18,258 nt of DNA, taken from the NCBI GenBank assembly GCA_024626585.2, contig JANKJI020000002.1:111077055-111095312 (forward strand), in the 5' to 3' direction. Within the stretch, counting starts at the first letter, position 1, and every line of letters begins with the position of its first letter. A program made the translations under genes and the position numbers. Positions 1-10,670 of the stretch are shown here, piece by piece. The notes beneath the pieces were generated by a model that was not told the DNA's origin, made no database searches, and saw nothing but the letters and a program-made list of their open reading frames with translations. Source of the stretch: Ginkgo biloba (lineage: Eukaryota > Plantae > Ginkgophyta).

Positions 1-1124
1 TTGACCTCTAAAGAGTAATTAGATCAGAGATTAACTCATTAATGCATACTTTCGTAGAAACTCCATTCAAAAGAATTTTACCCATTCTATAGAAACCTTC
101 ACTTATCCATACAACCCTCAACATTAAATCCATAAAATTTCACTCCACCCTATCATAAGCTTTTTCAAAATCCAGCATAATCATAAGTGACCTTTGATGA
201 GATCTTTTTGACTAGTCNNNNNNNNNNNNNNNNNNNNNNNNNNNNNNNNNNNNNNNNNNNNNNNNNNNNNNNNNATGTCTACTCCTCACCAACAATCTCA
301 CTCATAATCAATGCAAGTTTTTTGGATAAGGCCTTAGCTAACATTCAACAAAGTTATGGGTCACAAAATACTTACAATGTTCCTATCTTCATCTTTAGAG
401 ATTGGCTGAATTAGACGTGTATGAAGCTAATTTCCCATCATACTAACATTCAAAGCCTCTTTATAAACCTTTAAAAATTCTTCACCTACCAAGTGCCAAA
501 ATTATTTATAACATTCTACAGGTAAACCATCCTATCCCACAAATTCATCATTCTTTATAGATATCATAGATGCAATAATTTCTTCTAATGAAAGAGGCAT
601 GTCTAGCATATTTCTCTTGACGATCAAATACTTTCCTACGAACCAATCTTGCATAGGTTGCTATATCCTCATTTCTCTTATAAGAAGGTCCTTCTATCTT
701 AAATAGGTTCTCATAGTATCTTTTAAACGAAGACAATATTATTTTTCTTTAAGATTCTTTACTCTCCATCCATAATAGCTTCAATTCTNNNNNNNNNNNN
801 NNNNNNNNNNNNNNNNNNNNNNNNNNNNNNNNNNNNNNNNNNNNNNNNNNNNNNNNNNNNNNNNNNNNNNNNNNNNNNNNNNNNNNNNNNNNNATAAACC
901 TCTTACTTTTTTATTCCATGTCTCGAAGTGGCAGCATTTCTTTCACCGTTCTCATAAAAAAGGATCTTTCTATAATCTTACTAAGGCCTTTGTCAAATGC
1001 TCCATAGCAAAGTGGCTACTTCTTCGCCTAATTTTGAACACTTGCTTTCCAAAATTTCTAAGAAAAGAAACCACCCTTCTGACAACAAAATCTGACTAGT
1101 GTATCCAACCAATCTCCCCTAGAG
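1..1124 (-). pseudogene. LINE ORF2 linker + reverse transcriptase N-terminal half (stops, frameshifts)
   Basis: Manual translation gives YYENLF (~700-720), LEEIIASM..G*DGLPVECYK*FWHLVG (cf. SPGPDGLPxEFYKxFW), LIQPISK, PITLLNV..AKALSKKL, and LDFEKAYDRVE* at 140-175 (cf. LDFEKAYDRVEW). Confidence 0.92.
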
Positions 1125-1224
1125 NNNNNNNNNNNNNNNNNNNNNNNNNNNNNNNNNNNNNNNNNNNNNNNNNNNNNNNNNNNNNNNNNNNNNNNNNNNN
1201 NNNNNNNNNNNNNNNNNNNNNNNN

Positions 1225-1720
1225 AAAGGAAAGCATACTCATTGGTCAAAGCCATCAAAGAATCCCATCCTTACATATTGATGAATCAAATGGTAGCTTA
1301 TGTACCCTTATCTCTAGTTAAGCTAATGCTGAATCAACAAGAGTTGAGTGAAAAATGGGCAAATTGGGTAACTAAGATTCAAGAGTATGATTTGGATATA
1401 AGGCCCACCAAAATTGTCAAAGCTAGCAATAGAATCACTTGGGGAGATATCTTTGCAGGAAGAAGGNNNNNNNNNNNNNNNNNNAACAACAAAATCAAAA
1501 TATGTTCATTGAATTCCCTGCCAAAATATCGAGAGATAATATTTTATTTACATCATGGGAATTTCCCGAAATGCCTAACCAAAAAATAAGAAATAACGTT
1601 GAAGTTAAAGGATCTAAAATTTTTTCTAATAGATGAAATACATATCTAAATTTAAATTTCCTTATTGGTAATAAGGAAAGAAGCATTCATTCCAAAAAGA
1701 GAGCTACTATGATTTTGCAC
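1225..1720 (+). pseudogene. Ty3/gypsy pol fragment (RNase H C-terminus to start of integrase) nested in the LINE
   Basis: ORF 1242-1589 reads AYSLVKAIKESHPYIL..VAYVP..VKLML.Q.ELSEKWANWVTKIQEYDLDIRPTKIVK, then YREIIFYLHHG.FP..L.K..TLKLK. This matches the gypsy RH tail and pre-integrase segment. Confidence 0.85.
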
Positions 1721-1739
1721 CACTTGATTGAAACCCAAC

Positions 1740-2339
1740 ACAATTTGAATTGGATAATGATCAAAGAATATTGCCAAAGTGACTATAGTACCACTATAGC
1801 CTCGAAGTGTTAAAAAGCCATCAACCAATAACATCAATCTATCTAGCTTGCACATTATTCTTTTTCTTCCCGTTTTTTTATTACTTCAAGTAAATTTCAA
1901 CTTAAAATCACTCTTCTACTTTTTATGTAAAGCATCAAGTACCCCCTTGTCTCATCCTCACTCCAAGCCAAGCTCTTCTTTCATCTCCCTTAAACAAAAA
2001 GGTCTACCTCCACTTTTATCTTCTAAAGATTCCACCATATTGAAGTCACCAGTTAGGGACGAAGGAATCTGATTAAATTAATTTGCCATCTAATCCCATA
2101 AATTTTACCTTTACATAATTAGAGGCATAAATTGACCCATTTACAAAAACATTATCTTCCATTTGCATAGAGACCCACATAACTTTATTATAAGGACTAA
2201 CTCTTTTCCAATAAGAATTCAATAAAATAGTTGTTCCCATTCTTCCCTCCTAATGATTGGAAAACATAAAAGAGACATTTGAATGAACATATTCAAGAGC
2301 CAACTTAATTTTTTTGCCTTAATTTTAATTTCTTGCAGA
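1740..2339 (-). pseudogene. LINE ORF2 apurinic-like (APE/EEP) endonuclease remnant
   Basis: Motifs in order: LQEIK (2324-2338), SIYASN, GDFN (2039-2050), FT*SN, KLDR (1838-1849), DHYPI (1748-1762). Confidence 0.92.
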
Positions 2340-2856
2340 NNNNNNNNNNNNNNNNNNNNNNNNNNNNNNNNNNNNNNNNNNNNNNNNNNNNNNNNNNNNN
2401 NNNNNNNNNNNNNNNNNNNNNNNNNNNNNNNNNNNNNNNNNNNNNNNNNNNNNNNNNNNNNNNNNNNNNNNNNNNNNNNNNNNNNNNNNNNNNNNNNNNN
2501 NNNNNNNNNNNNNNNNNNNNNNNNNNNNNNNNNNNNNNNNNNNNNNNNNNNNNNNNNNNNNNNNNNNNNNNNNNNNNNNNNNNNNNNNNNNNNNNNNNNN
2601 NNNNNNNNNNNNNNNNNNNNNNNNNNNNNNNNNNNNNNNNNNNNNNNNNNNNNNNNNNNNNNNNNNNNNNNNNNNNNNNNNNTGGATTCAACATTCATAC
2701 AAAGAGTTATCAACACCACTTTCTCTTTTAGGTGAATGATCTTGAGGTTTATCGACAGATTCAAAAATCTAACTTTTGATCACATTTTTTTTATTCAACA
2801 ACCATCCATACAAAATTATCTTTCTTAGGAGGAGGTTAAAATTTCAATTTAAGAAG

Positions 2857-2990
2857 TGGGAAATCTTTAACATAATGACCCTACTCACAACATTTCCAAT
2901 AGGCATTTGATAAACTAAAAAATAAAACCTTAAATCTTATTACCTTCTTTTGATTTTTAACAAACAATATTGTTTGACTAAGGTATAAAA
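2857..2990 (-). pseudogene. LINE ORF1 C-terminal zinc-knuckle remnant
   Basis: ..IRFKVLF/SLSNAYWKCCE*GHYVKDFP resembles the plant LINE ORF1 xLPNACxxCxxxGHxxxDCP. The first and last Cys are each one base change away (TAT, TTC). Confidence 0.7.
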
Positions 2991-2994
2991 TCTT

Positions 2995-4391
2995 CATATA
3001 TCCCTTACTTTAGTACATCATATCTAAATAATTAGCTTTGATAAATTGCAAGCAATTCCTATCTAACATGACATTGGTTCCATTTTTTAAATCTTCCAAG
3101 GCTTAATTTCCATCTAATATAAGATTTTCCCATCTTTGATTATCTCTTAGTTTTACACTATTCATAGGATTTGACCATTAATTTGGTGATGATCATGTAT
3201 ATTCCCTTCATCTAACTTCATGGAAATAATTTTTTTGATATGGTTCTATGTTATTATCTCTTCCTTCTTCTTTTATAGTGCAATGATAATTTTTCACTTA
3301 CTTGTCCTTTGTTTTTTGTGGTTAGATGAAATGTTGACATTAAAACTTATTATGGTATTCACCTTTGACTGCCTCCTAATATGATATGGCATGTGTCATT
3401 GGATCATTTAATATTAAAGGTGTTGATAGCATACAAACTTTAATAGAAATCCATCATATTATGCAAAACCTTCCAAACCCTTTATTAATAATGTCATAGT
3501 TCATCATATTTACTTCTTATTCAAGCAGTTCATCTTTATCTTTGCCTTGTACTTATTTATCTTTATCACATATAATGTTTACTTCTTTATAATATTCTTC
3601 TTCTTATTCATCCTTGAACAACCAATCATTATTGTCTTCACTGTGATGTCCCTCTTCTCCTTTATGTTCTTCATGTACAACATCCTCTTTATAATCTTCT
3701 TCTTTTTCTTCTTACTTTAGAATCAATGTTTTTTTTCATCTTGGATGTAGGGATTTTATCAATTCATTAAGATTAACCTTCACTTGTTCTCTTGACATTC
3801 TTATTACTTTTGACAAATTTGTTGGAAGTGATAGTTTGAGTTTTATAATCATTCTAGTGTCTCAAGGATAATCAATATATAAGTCCAACATTCTATAATT
3901 TAGTATTCGATCCCTTTCTTTACGTATAGAAAATATATTAGTGTATTCTATTGATGATCCAATTTGTGGTGGATGAATGTCCTTTGCATATTTCTCATGG
4001 AAATCATTTAGGAATGTGGAATATGATATGTAATTAAACCATTTCCATTATACAAACTAGTAGGTTGGGTGTGTACTACATAATTGAGAAGCAAAGCTAA
4101 TTTTTTCTTCATTAGTCATAGGTGTTGTGCCTGTGAGATTACACAGGCTTCAACAATGTGATGGGCATGGAACCTGCTCATTTTAGAATCCCCACTGGTA
4201 TTAGGATTCAAGGTTCATAAGACTTTGGTCGTGTAGCTTCAAGTGAACATAGGAGTCTTAGAACCTACTGGTGGGGTTTTCCTATCAAACTGGATATTTA
4301 CAAAGTCTTTGACTCGACGATCTTTGATTCTTGAAATAAAACATTAAAGGGAGAACAAGGTAGGGTAGGAAGAAAATACTAACTATCATTA
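2995..4391 (-). mobile_element. Probable LTR-element remnant(s) inserted in LINE ORF1: gag-like start plus Glu/Asp-rich tract, no pol seen
   Basis: Separates the two halves of LINE ORF1. The minus strand at ~4120-3980 reads MTNEEKISFASQL...W....SYSTFLNDFHEKY (retrotransposon gag-like). An acidic tract lies at ~3500-3715. A possible degenerate PPT + TGTCATG lies at 3090-3067. Confidence 0.45.
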
Positions 4392-4491
4392 NNNNNNNNN
4401 NNNNNNNNNNNNNNNNNNNNNNNNNNNNNNNNNNNNNNNNNNNNNNNNNNNNNNNNNNNNNNNNNNNNNNNNNNNNNNNNNNNNNNNNNNN

Positions 4492-5050
4492 ATACTACAT
4501 CCACATTGTTGTGTGCCTCATCTCAAATCCCTACTTGAACAAGATTCATGCTCAAAAGTAATTAAGAAAATACCCTGAGTCAAATACTTAGTTTGAGCGG
4601 GTTTAATTCCTTTTTGTAGCCAATTAGGCTTAATCCAGTCTTCAAAATATCTAGCAGATGAGGATGTCCAACACACCCTCCCACCACCCTACATTTCTTT
4701 GAACACCTAATTTCTTCATTCACTAAAGACTCATCAAGTTCCAAAACCATACTTCAATTTGTGGTTGCATGTTTCTCACTGTTGTTGGATAGCCTTTGCC
4801 CCTCCATCTTCCCCTTTGTAGGAGTCTTTGCAAGTCCGTCTAATATCAAAACAATCTCCTTAGAAGCAAACTACAATGATTGTAAATCTCCAAAATTCTT
4901 CACAAGTATATCAGGTGTAGGAATCAACGTAGAGAAAGTCATAAATTTCTCCATAGTAGAATGTTTATGGTGAACTATGTGTAGTCTGTTGGTGGTATAC
5001 ATCAATTCCTCACCAAGTGCATGACTCACACGTCTATCATCATCGTTTTA
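4492..5050 (-). pseudogene. LINE ORF1 N-terminal part (DUF4283/RRM-like)
   Basis: VLELDESLVNEEIRCSKKCRVVGGCVG, frameshift, then SARYFEDWIKPNWLQKGIKPAQTKYLTQGIFLITFEHE..LR*G. This fits the plant LINE ORF1 pattern WIxxxW...LxxGxFLIxF. Confidence 0.75.
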
Positions 5051-5099
5051 CTATATCTTCTATCCCATACACGCGATTGAATCAAAACCACAAATGGGT

Positions 5100-6783
5100 C
5101 AACTAATCAAAGGCTCAAAAGATTAAACCCAAGTGACACCCCCTTGATTCCAAGAATAAAGGAGCAACTAGGCAACCCAAGAAACATTTAGTTCACACAT
5201 CATAACCAATGTTCTTAGAGCCCCTCTATCTCCTCATTACCATGGCTCCTTGATAATGCCTCTTTGAGAAACATCACATGAACTACTGTACATAGATTTT
5301 CATGTGACGGGAATCCAATCTATATGTTGACTCATTTATTTTCTCCACTACTTTATAAGGTCCAAACAATCTATAGGATAATTTTGCATGTTATCTCGCA
5401 AATAGAGTAATATCGACTCTTAAATATACAATATCCCCTACTTGGAATGATCCTAGTGTCCTTTTTTGGTCAACATATAATTTCGTCTTACTTTAAGCAC
5501 ATTTTATGTTAGCTTTGCATAGTTGAATCTCTTTTTGCATATACTTTAACAGTTCCAAAAAGGTGGGTGGATAGGGGTGTGTGTGTAGTGGAATTGTAGG
5601 GTTATATTAATACATTGCCCTAAAGGGACTATCGTTGTAGGAGAATTTTACAAATGGTAATGCTTCTCCTATTTACCCTTTTTGTTTAACCCATACATTT
5701 AAGGATGCTCTCTACTATAAAGTTTCAGTCGGCTCCTAAGGTTCTTAAGAAACTTGGGATCTCCATCACTTATGATCGATTTTGGGACACCATGTTTTGT
5801 AAATATTTCCTTTGTTGGTAGTTTAACAAGACCATAGCCTTTATGAGTCATTCGATATGGAATGAATCTCAACATCTTAAATAAACAATCTGCAAACACT
5901 AAAAGTTAATTATTTTGCNNNNNNNNNNNNNNNNNNNNNNNNNNNNNNNNNNNNNNNNNNNNNNNNNNNNNNNNNNNNNNNNNNNNNNNNNGCATAATAT
6001 TCCTCCTCGAGGTTCCCTCTCATCTTTGATGGCTTGAAATTTTGTAGGAGTTCTTACACTACGTTATTTCTTTCCTCATGTTTTTCTAGTAGCCATATTT
6101 TTGTGCCACCGCATAAGTTATATCTCTTCCAACATGGCTAGTAAAGGGGATATCATGTGATTCACATGGTATCTTACATTTTAGTGTTGTAACATCAGGA
6201 ATTACTAATCTATTTTTGTTCTAAAGAATATCATCTTTTATTAAAAATCTACATAGGGTTGATCTATTAAATTTTCTCTCTCATTGTTATATTAATGTAA
6301 CTCTAAGTTCCTAAAATAGCAAAGCCCATCCATATCGCCTAGATTTTAATTTTCCCTCAAGTGGACAACTTCAAACAAGGAACTCGTCGTTTTAAATTGG
6401 TGTTTCCATATTCTTATAACATGTACTATGTTGAATAGTTCATAAAATATTAGATCATTTTGCTTGACTTCACTCAACTTTCTACTTTCATATGCTATTA
6501 CTTTACATCTCGAAGTAACATTGATCTTATGGCTATGCCAATTGAGTTTGTAAATATTCTAAAAGGTATGGATGGATTAGGATTGGTGAATATAGGTGCT
6601 TCCATCAACTTAGCCTATAGTAGTTCAAAACTAACTTGATGTTCTTCCATCTAGTGGAAGTGCCTATATTTCCTTAAAAGCTCTATAGGAGGGTGCAACA
6701 ATTTATGAGAACATAAGTACGAACTTGTGGTAAAAACTAGCATTCCCTAGAAAGGCTCTTGCTTCATTTACATTTATTAGTGT
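5100..6783 (-). pseudogene. Ty3/gypsy (chromovirus-like) pol: RT thumb, RNase H start, integrase with GPY/F module
   Basis: INVNEARAFLGNASFYHKFV (6778-6719); SFELL*AKLMEAPIFTNPNPSIPFRIFTN; NRLVIPD..LK.KI..ESHDIP (HHCC region); ORF 5699-5899 D.L.KM..FIP...KEIFTKHGVPKSIISDGDPKF; FGPYKVVEKINESTYRL..VHVMFLK (~5260-5366). Confidence 0.9.
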
Positions 6784-7934
6784 GATTAGCTGGTTATTGC
6801 AAATATGGTGAAATTGACAAAATGACGTAATCATAACATGAAATANNNNNNNNNNNNNNNNNNNNNNNNNNNNNNNNNNNNNNNNNNNNNNNNNNNNNNN
6901 NNNNNNNNNNNNNNNNNNNNNNNNNNNNNNNNNNNNNNNNNNNNNNNNNNNNNNNNNNNNNNNNNNNNNNNNNNNNNNNNNNNNNNNNNNNNNNNNNNNN
7001 NNNNNNNNNNNNNNNNNNNNNNNNNNNNNNNNNNNNNNNNNNNNNNNNNNNNNNNNNNNNNNNNNNNNNNNNNNNNNNNNNNNNNNNNNNNNNNNNNNNN
7101 NNNNNNNNNNNNNNNNNNNNNNNNNNNNNNNNNNNNNNNNNNNNNNNNNNNNNNNNNNNNNNNNNNNNNNNNNNNNNNNNNNNNNNNNNNNNNNNNNNNN
7201 NNNNNNNNNNNNNNNNNNNNNNNNNNNNNNNNNNNNNNNNNNNNNNNNNNNNNNNNNNNNNNNNNNNNNNNNNNNNNNNNNNNNNNNNNNNNNNNNNNNN
7301 NNNNNNNNNNNNNNNNNNNNNNNNNNNNNNNNNNNNNNNNNNNNNNNNNNNNNNNNNNNNNNNNNNNNNNNNNNNNNNNNNNNNNNNNNNNNNNNNNNNN
7401 NNNNNNNNNNNNNNNNNNNNNNNNNNNNNNNNNNNNNNNNNNNNNNNNNNNNNNNNNNNNNNNNNNNNNNNNNNNNNNNNNNNNNNNNNNNNNNNNNNNN
7501 NNNNNNNNNNNNNNNNNNNNNNNNNNNNNNNNNNNNNNNNNNNNNNNNNNNNNNNNNNNNNNNNNNNNNNNNNNNNNNNNNNNNNNNNNNNNNNNNNNNN
7601 NNNNNNNNNNNNNNNNNNNNNNNNNNNNNNNNNNNNTTATAATGTAATTAGTATCGAATGCGTATGTATCTTGTAGTTGACTCTTGGAAAAGGCACAAAA
7701 GAGCCTATAAATGTAATCACCTAAGGGCAAAAGGCAATCCATTGATCCATCAATCCATCCATCAGTGATCTATCTTATGTATTGTCATCAATTAATATAA
7801 ACATTGTATCCCTGTCCTATTCCTTTTCATTCCATGTGTTAGTTTTTACTTCTCATTATTTACAATTGTTATTTTATAAGATGCATGCATGAAATTGATG
7901 AGTAGAGACCACCACGTCACGTCATCCCCCAACT
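6784..7934 (+). repeat. 5' LTR of gypsy element A (family X), about 95 bp missing at its 5' end, mostly N-masked
   Basis: 6811-6845 matches 17001-17035 at 33/35, with weaker ungapped similarity back to ~6786. It contains a TATA box (7706-7712) and AATATAA (7794-7800). It ends in CCCAACT (7928-7934), the reverse complement of AGTTGGG at 13928. Confidence 0.65.
7706..7712 (+). promoter_or_regulatory. LTR TATA box (cc-TATAAAT)
   Basis: CCTATAAAT lies ~85 bp upstream of a polyadenylation-like AATATAA and a T-rich tract, the usual U3-R-U5 arrangement. Confidence 0.55.
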
Positions 7935-8144
7935 ATTGCAACCTAAGAATGCCCCCATATTGTTGAGAACAATACAAACCAGTCCTTACGGTTGTAGGTA
8001 TGTTGGCATCGATGTGGCTTAGTAATGTTGCTTAAACCCTTTTAATGTGTACATCGACATAGTAAACAACACCTCATAAGGAACGAGTAGCTGTACTAGT
8101 GCTCACCTTCACCTAAAAACAAAGTAGAAAAGGCACTACATCTG

Positions 8145-9305
8145 ATGCCAGATGAAACAACCTCAAATAATGAAATGAAGTATCAAGTATTGGAAGTAAC
8201 GAAAGAAGAAAAATTATACCAAAGCCCTGACTTCAATACGAAAACAAGAGGAGACATTGTAGTATTCAAGGTCTAAACAACATCAATTAAGAAGATTTTC
8301 GCCACCATTCACACAAAAGAACTATGAACTATATAAGTTGAAGACATAGCAAGCAATCCAAGTTTAGAAGAAGTAGACGAGTCTCGACAAAATTCGTTGG
8401 TCAAAACACAATAGTCACATACACCATACAGTGTACACAAGAATACATTATATAAAGATACAATGATGCTACCCAACTTCAAGTTCGCAAAAACTTGATA
8501 GAGTCCTTGTCAAATGGTCATCCGAAGAACTTCAATCCAATCTGTCGGCAAGAGTAAGCGTTGAACAACAATGACATTACCTTTGGAGCCTACCACATAG
8601 ATTTCGTGAATAATAATGGTCAATATTTGCTTAACATCAAAATGATTTCTTTAAATATCAACAACACGTCAACAAGTACAAACATCAATCAGAAATAGAA
8701 TAACCCATTTATCTCTAACTCGTTCAAAGCACAAACTAAGTTCTCCCATACTTAGAGCAATAGTTGCAGTAACCATAGTAATGCCTTCGACCAAACCACT
8801 AACAACAACCTAAATAACCTCTTCAATGTTTCCAACAATGGAGTTAGGGGGCTATTCAATGCCTTCATCGACATCAACCTATCCAATAATAATAATAATT
8901 AGATGAATTATGGAAACCTAACTAGATATAACAATGGTGAAGTAAACGATACAACTAACTCCAGTGGTAATAATGCTCCAAGCACAAATGGGGGGGATTT
9001 TAGAAGCAATAACTACAACAGCTTCACAAATAATGGAAGGCATAGTAGTAATGTCAACAGAAACTTTAACTTTAGCAACAATAATAATTTCCAAGGTGCT
9101 AATCCTAGTGGTAGTTTTGGTAACCATGAAATAAATTCAATCATTCATTATGAAAACCCCAACACGTATGGAGGTCAATACAGTAACCCTCATAGCAATT
9201 TAAACAATAGTGGTGGAAACGTTAACTATAGTAATAATGGAAACTTCGACAACAATAGCAATTTTAGTTAGAGTGGAAGTTATAATAGTGGAAATTTTGG
9301 TCAAT
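8145..9305 (+). pseudogene. Element A gag N-terminal extension: acidic, then Ser/Thr/Pro-rich, then Asn/Gly-rich low complexity
   Basis: Candidate start MPDETTSNNEM at 8145. ORF 8903-9271 has 39 Asn in 122 aa and continues past a TAG as SGSYNSGNFGQY. The same motif resumes at 10671 (GGNFNSGNYN) directly ahead of a gag core. Confidence 0.6.
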
Positions 9306-9348
9306 ATCTTTTATTTTCCTAGGGAACACAAAACTTAAGAAACAAAAT

Positions 9349-9367
9349 TGACAACCATACTAGGGAC
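9349..9367 (+). promoter_or_regulatory. Degenerate primer-binding site, probably tRNA-Arg type
   Basis: TGACAACCATACTAGGGAC matches TGGCGACTCCACTGGGGAC (Arg-type PBS as I recall it) at 13/19, with most mismatches G>A or C>T. It lies 4 nt after a CA end and upstream of gag. Confidence 0.55.
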
Positions 9368-9725
9368 CTTAGATGACCACTGTGGTGTGTGCACTTTATT
9401 GATCAACTTGGATGAATTTAAAAAGACTTATACTATGTTTGATAAGGTTAAAGGTATCTCAGATTATATGCCTTTGTGCCCTAAGCAAGAAGAATCGCTA
9501 GATTTTAAATTTTATGATATTGAAGTTTTCTTGTCCATACTTCCTTCACCCTCACCTATTATTCTTCTAGCCATTTTGACACCTCCTCCTTTCGCTTCTC
9601 CACCTTTCCATAGAGAAATATCTTTACTAGTATCCATTGCTAAGTGTTAAATTTACCTATTTATAAATAGTACCATAACCACAACTCCTACATAATATCT
9701 CCTTCATCCAATTCATCCATCAAAG

Positions 9726-10391
9726 ATGGAAATGGCTCCATGGTTTATAGTTGAACCTCTTAAATTGGAAATAAATCTTGATGCTCTACCTTTTAGAGCA
9801 AAGGATTACTTACAAAATTTTAAAGGAGATGGAGTTGTGACATTTAATGAATGCTTGGAATCTTTCCCCAAGGCTTGTACTATATTAGTAGTGGTAGTAG
9901 AGAATGTTGATGTTCAATTATCTATGTAGACTCTTGAAGATGAAGATTTATTGTGGTTCAATTCACTCCCTATGAATTCCATCACAAGATGGGCTAAGTT
10001 GATTGTTCAATTCAATGGAAAGTATAATATTCCTGTTGATAATTATGCATTATTAAAATATTTAACTATAATTTCCAAGAAAGTGGAGGAATCTTTTAAA
10101 TATTTTAATTTGAGGTTTGAGAAAATGAAAACCAAAATTCTAGACACTTTGAGGCCAATAAAAGAAATATCTTTCTATTTTTATATGTAAGAATTGGACC
10201 TAGAGATGAGGTACATCCTCAAGAATAAGGGGATTAACAATTTGGTCGATGCAATGGACACTGCTAAGAGAATTAAAAATAATTTGGTCAAGTCAGGCAA
10301 GAAGGATAGTCTTTCTTTGGCACTAGTGAAAATTGAAAAGAATAGTCCACCACCTACCCTGAAGACACTAGAGATATTTAGATTACTTTAA
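9726..10391 (+). pseudogene. Retrotransposon gag (Retrotrans_gag-like) of element C
   Basis: ORFs 9726-9929, 9951-10190 and 10194-10391 share one frame broken only by stops: L..FKGDG.VT..E.L..F..AC..L.V..E.V.V.L..*TLE....WFNSLP..SITRW..L...F; EESF..FNLRFEK. Confidence 0.88.
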
Positions 10392-10670
10392 AATCCTAAT
10401 AATAAAGTCACCTATTTGAAGAGATAAATGGGTAAGAATAAAAGACTAGTTTTTCAATTGAACCATAATCAATTTCAAACGCCCAACCAATAAGAAGGAC
10501 TATAATTGATAGTTATTCCTACTAATGTTGAGCCATGATTTTGTAGGTTCTGTTAAGAAAACCATACTATNNNNNNNNNNNNNNNNNNNNNNNNNNNNNN
10601 NNNNNNNNNNNNNNNNNNNNNNNNNNNNNNNNNNNNNNNNNNNNNNNNNNNNNNNNNNNNNNNNNNNNNN

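Larger units (their letters stand above)
1..5050 (-). mobile_element. Degenerate L1/Tx1-type LINE (ORF1 + ORF2), interrupted by two insertions; 3' part runs off the left edge
   Basis: Collinear minus-strand domains in canonical LINE order: DUF4283-like ORF1 (4492-5050), CCHC knuckle (2857-2907), APE endonuclease (1740-2339), linker and RT (1-1124). Confidence 0.85.
9307..10570 (+). mobile_element. Nested Ty3/gypsy element C fragment: LTR tail, PBS, leader and gag
   Basis: Abrupt break of the Asn-rich frame at ~9306; ..AACA at 9341-9344, PBS-like 9349-9367, gag from 9726. Ends at a 100-N run. Confidence 0.75.

Noticed and set aside
1848-2072. Short ORFs antisense to TE coding remnants (also 187-414, 4761-4973, 8918-9127, 11113-12124, 15860-16099) and ORF 17474-17704
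   Set aside because: Shadow ORFs of transposon frames or of LTR low-complexity sequence; no independent support.
2857-3750. Endogenous caulimovirid coat protein (knuckle plus acidic tract)
   Set aside because: The knuckle lacks the extra Cys of CxCx2Cx4Hx4C, sits in the LINE ORF1 position, and no movement protein or caulimovirid RT is seen.
5080-5230. Chromodomain after the integrase GPY/F module
   Set aside because: Only faint Trp-containing words (VSWV..VTW) are visible; too decayed to call.
6784-6810. Minus-strand IFAITS*S as the RT 'AIxxWP' motif, which would make the two RT pieces separate elements
   Set aside because: It needs a frameshift, and the same bases align ungapped with LTR sequence at 16974-17000. 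Disfavoured but not fully excluded.
8003-8150. Alternative PBS candidates for element A (TGGCATCGATGTGG at ~8004; CA-TC-TGATGCCA at ~8139)
   Set aside because: Weak tRNA complementarity, and neither is preceded by an end matching the LTR start.
8903-9271. Stop-free Asn-rich ORF as a domesticated or selected host gene
   Set aside because: It is bounded by in-frame TAGs inside a continuing low-complexity tract. Asn/Gly/Ser codons rarely become stops by C>T/G>A decay, so openness needs no selection.
9348-9650. 100-aa ORF as a gene
   Set aside because: It starts inside the PBS-like site and has no recognisable motif; likely leader or variable gag N-terminus.
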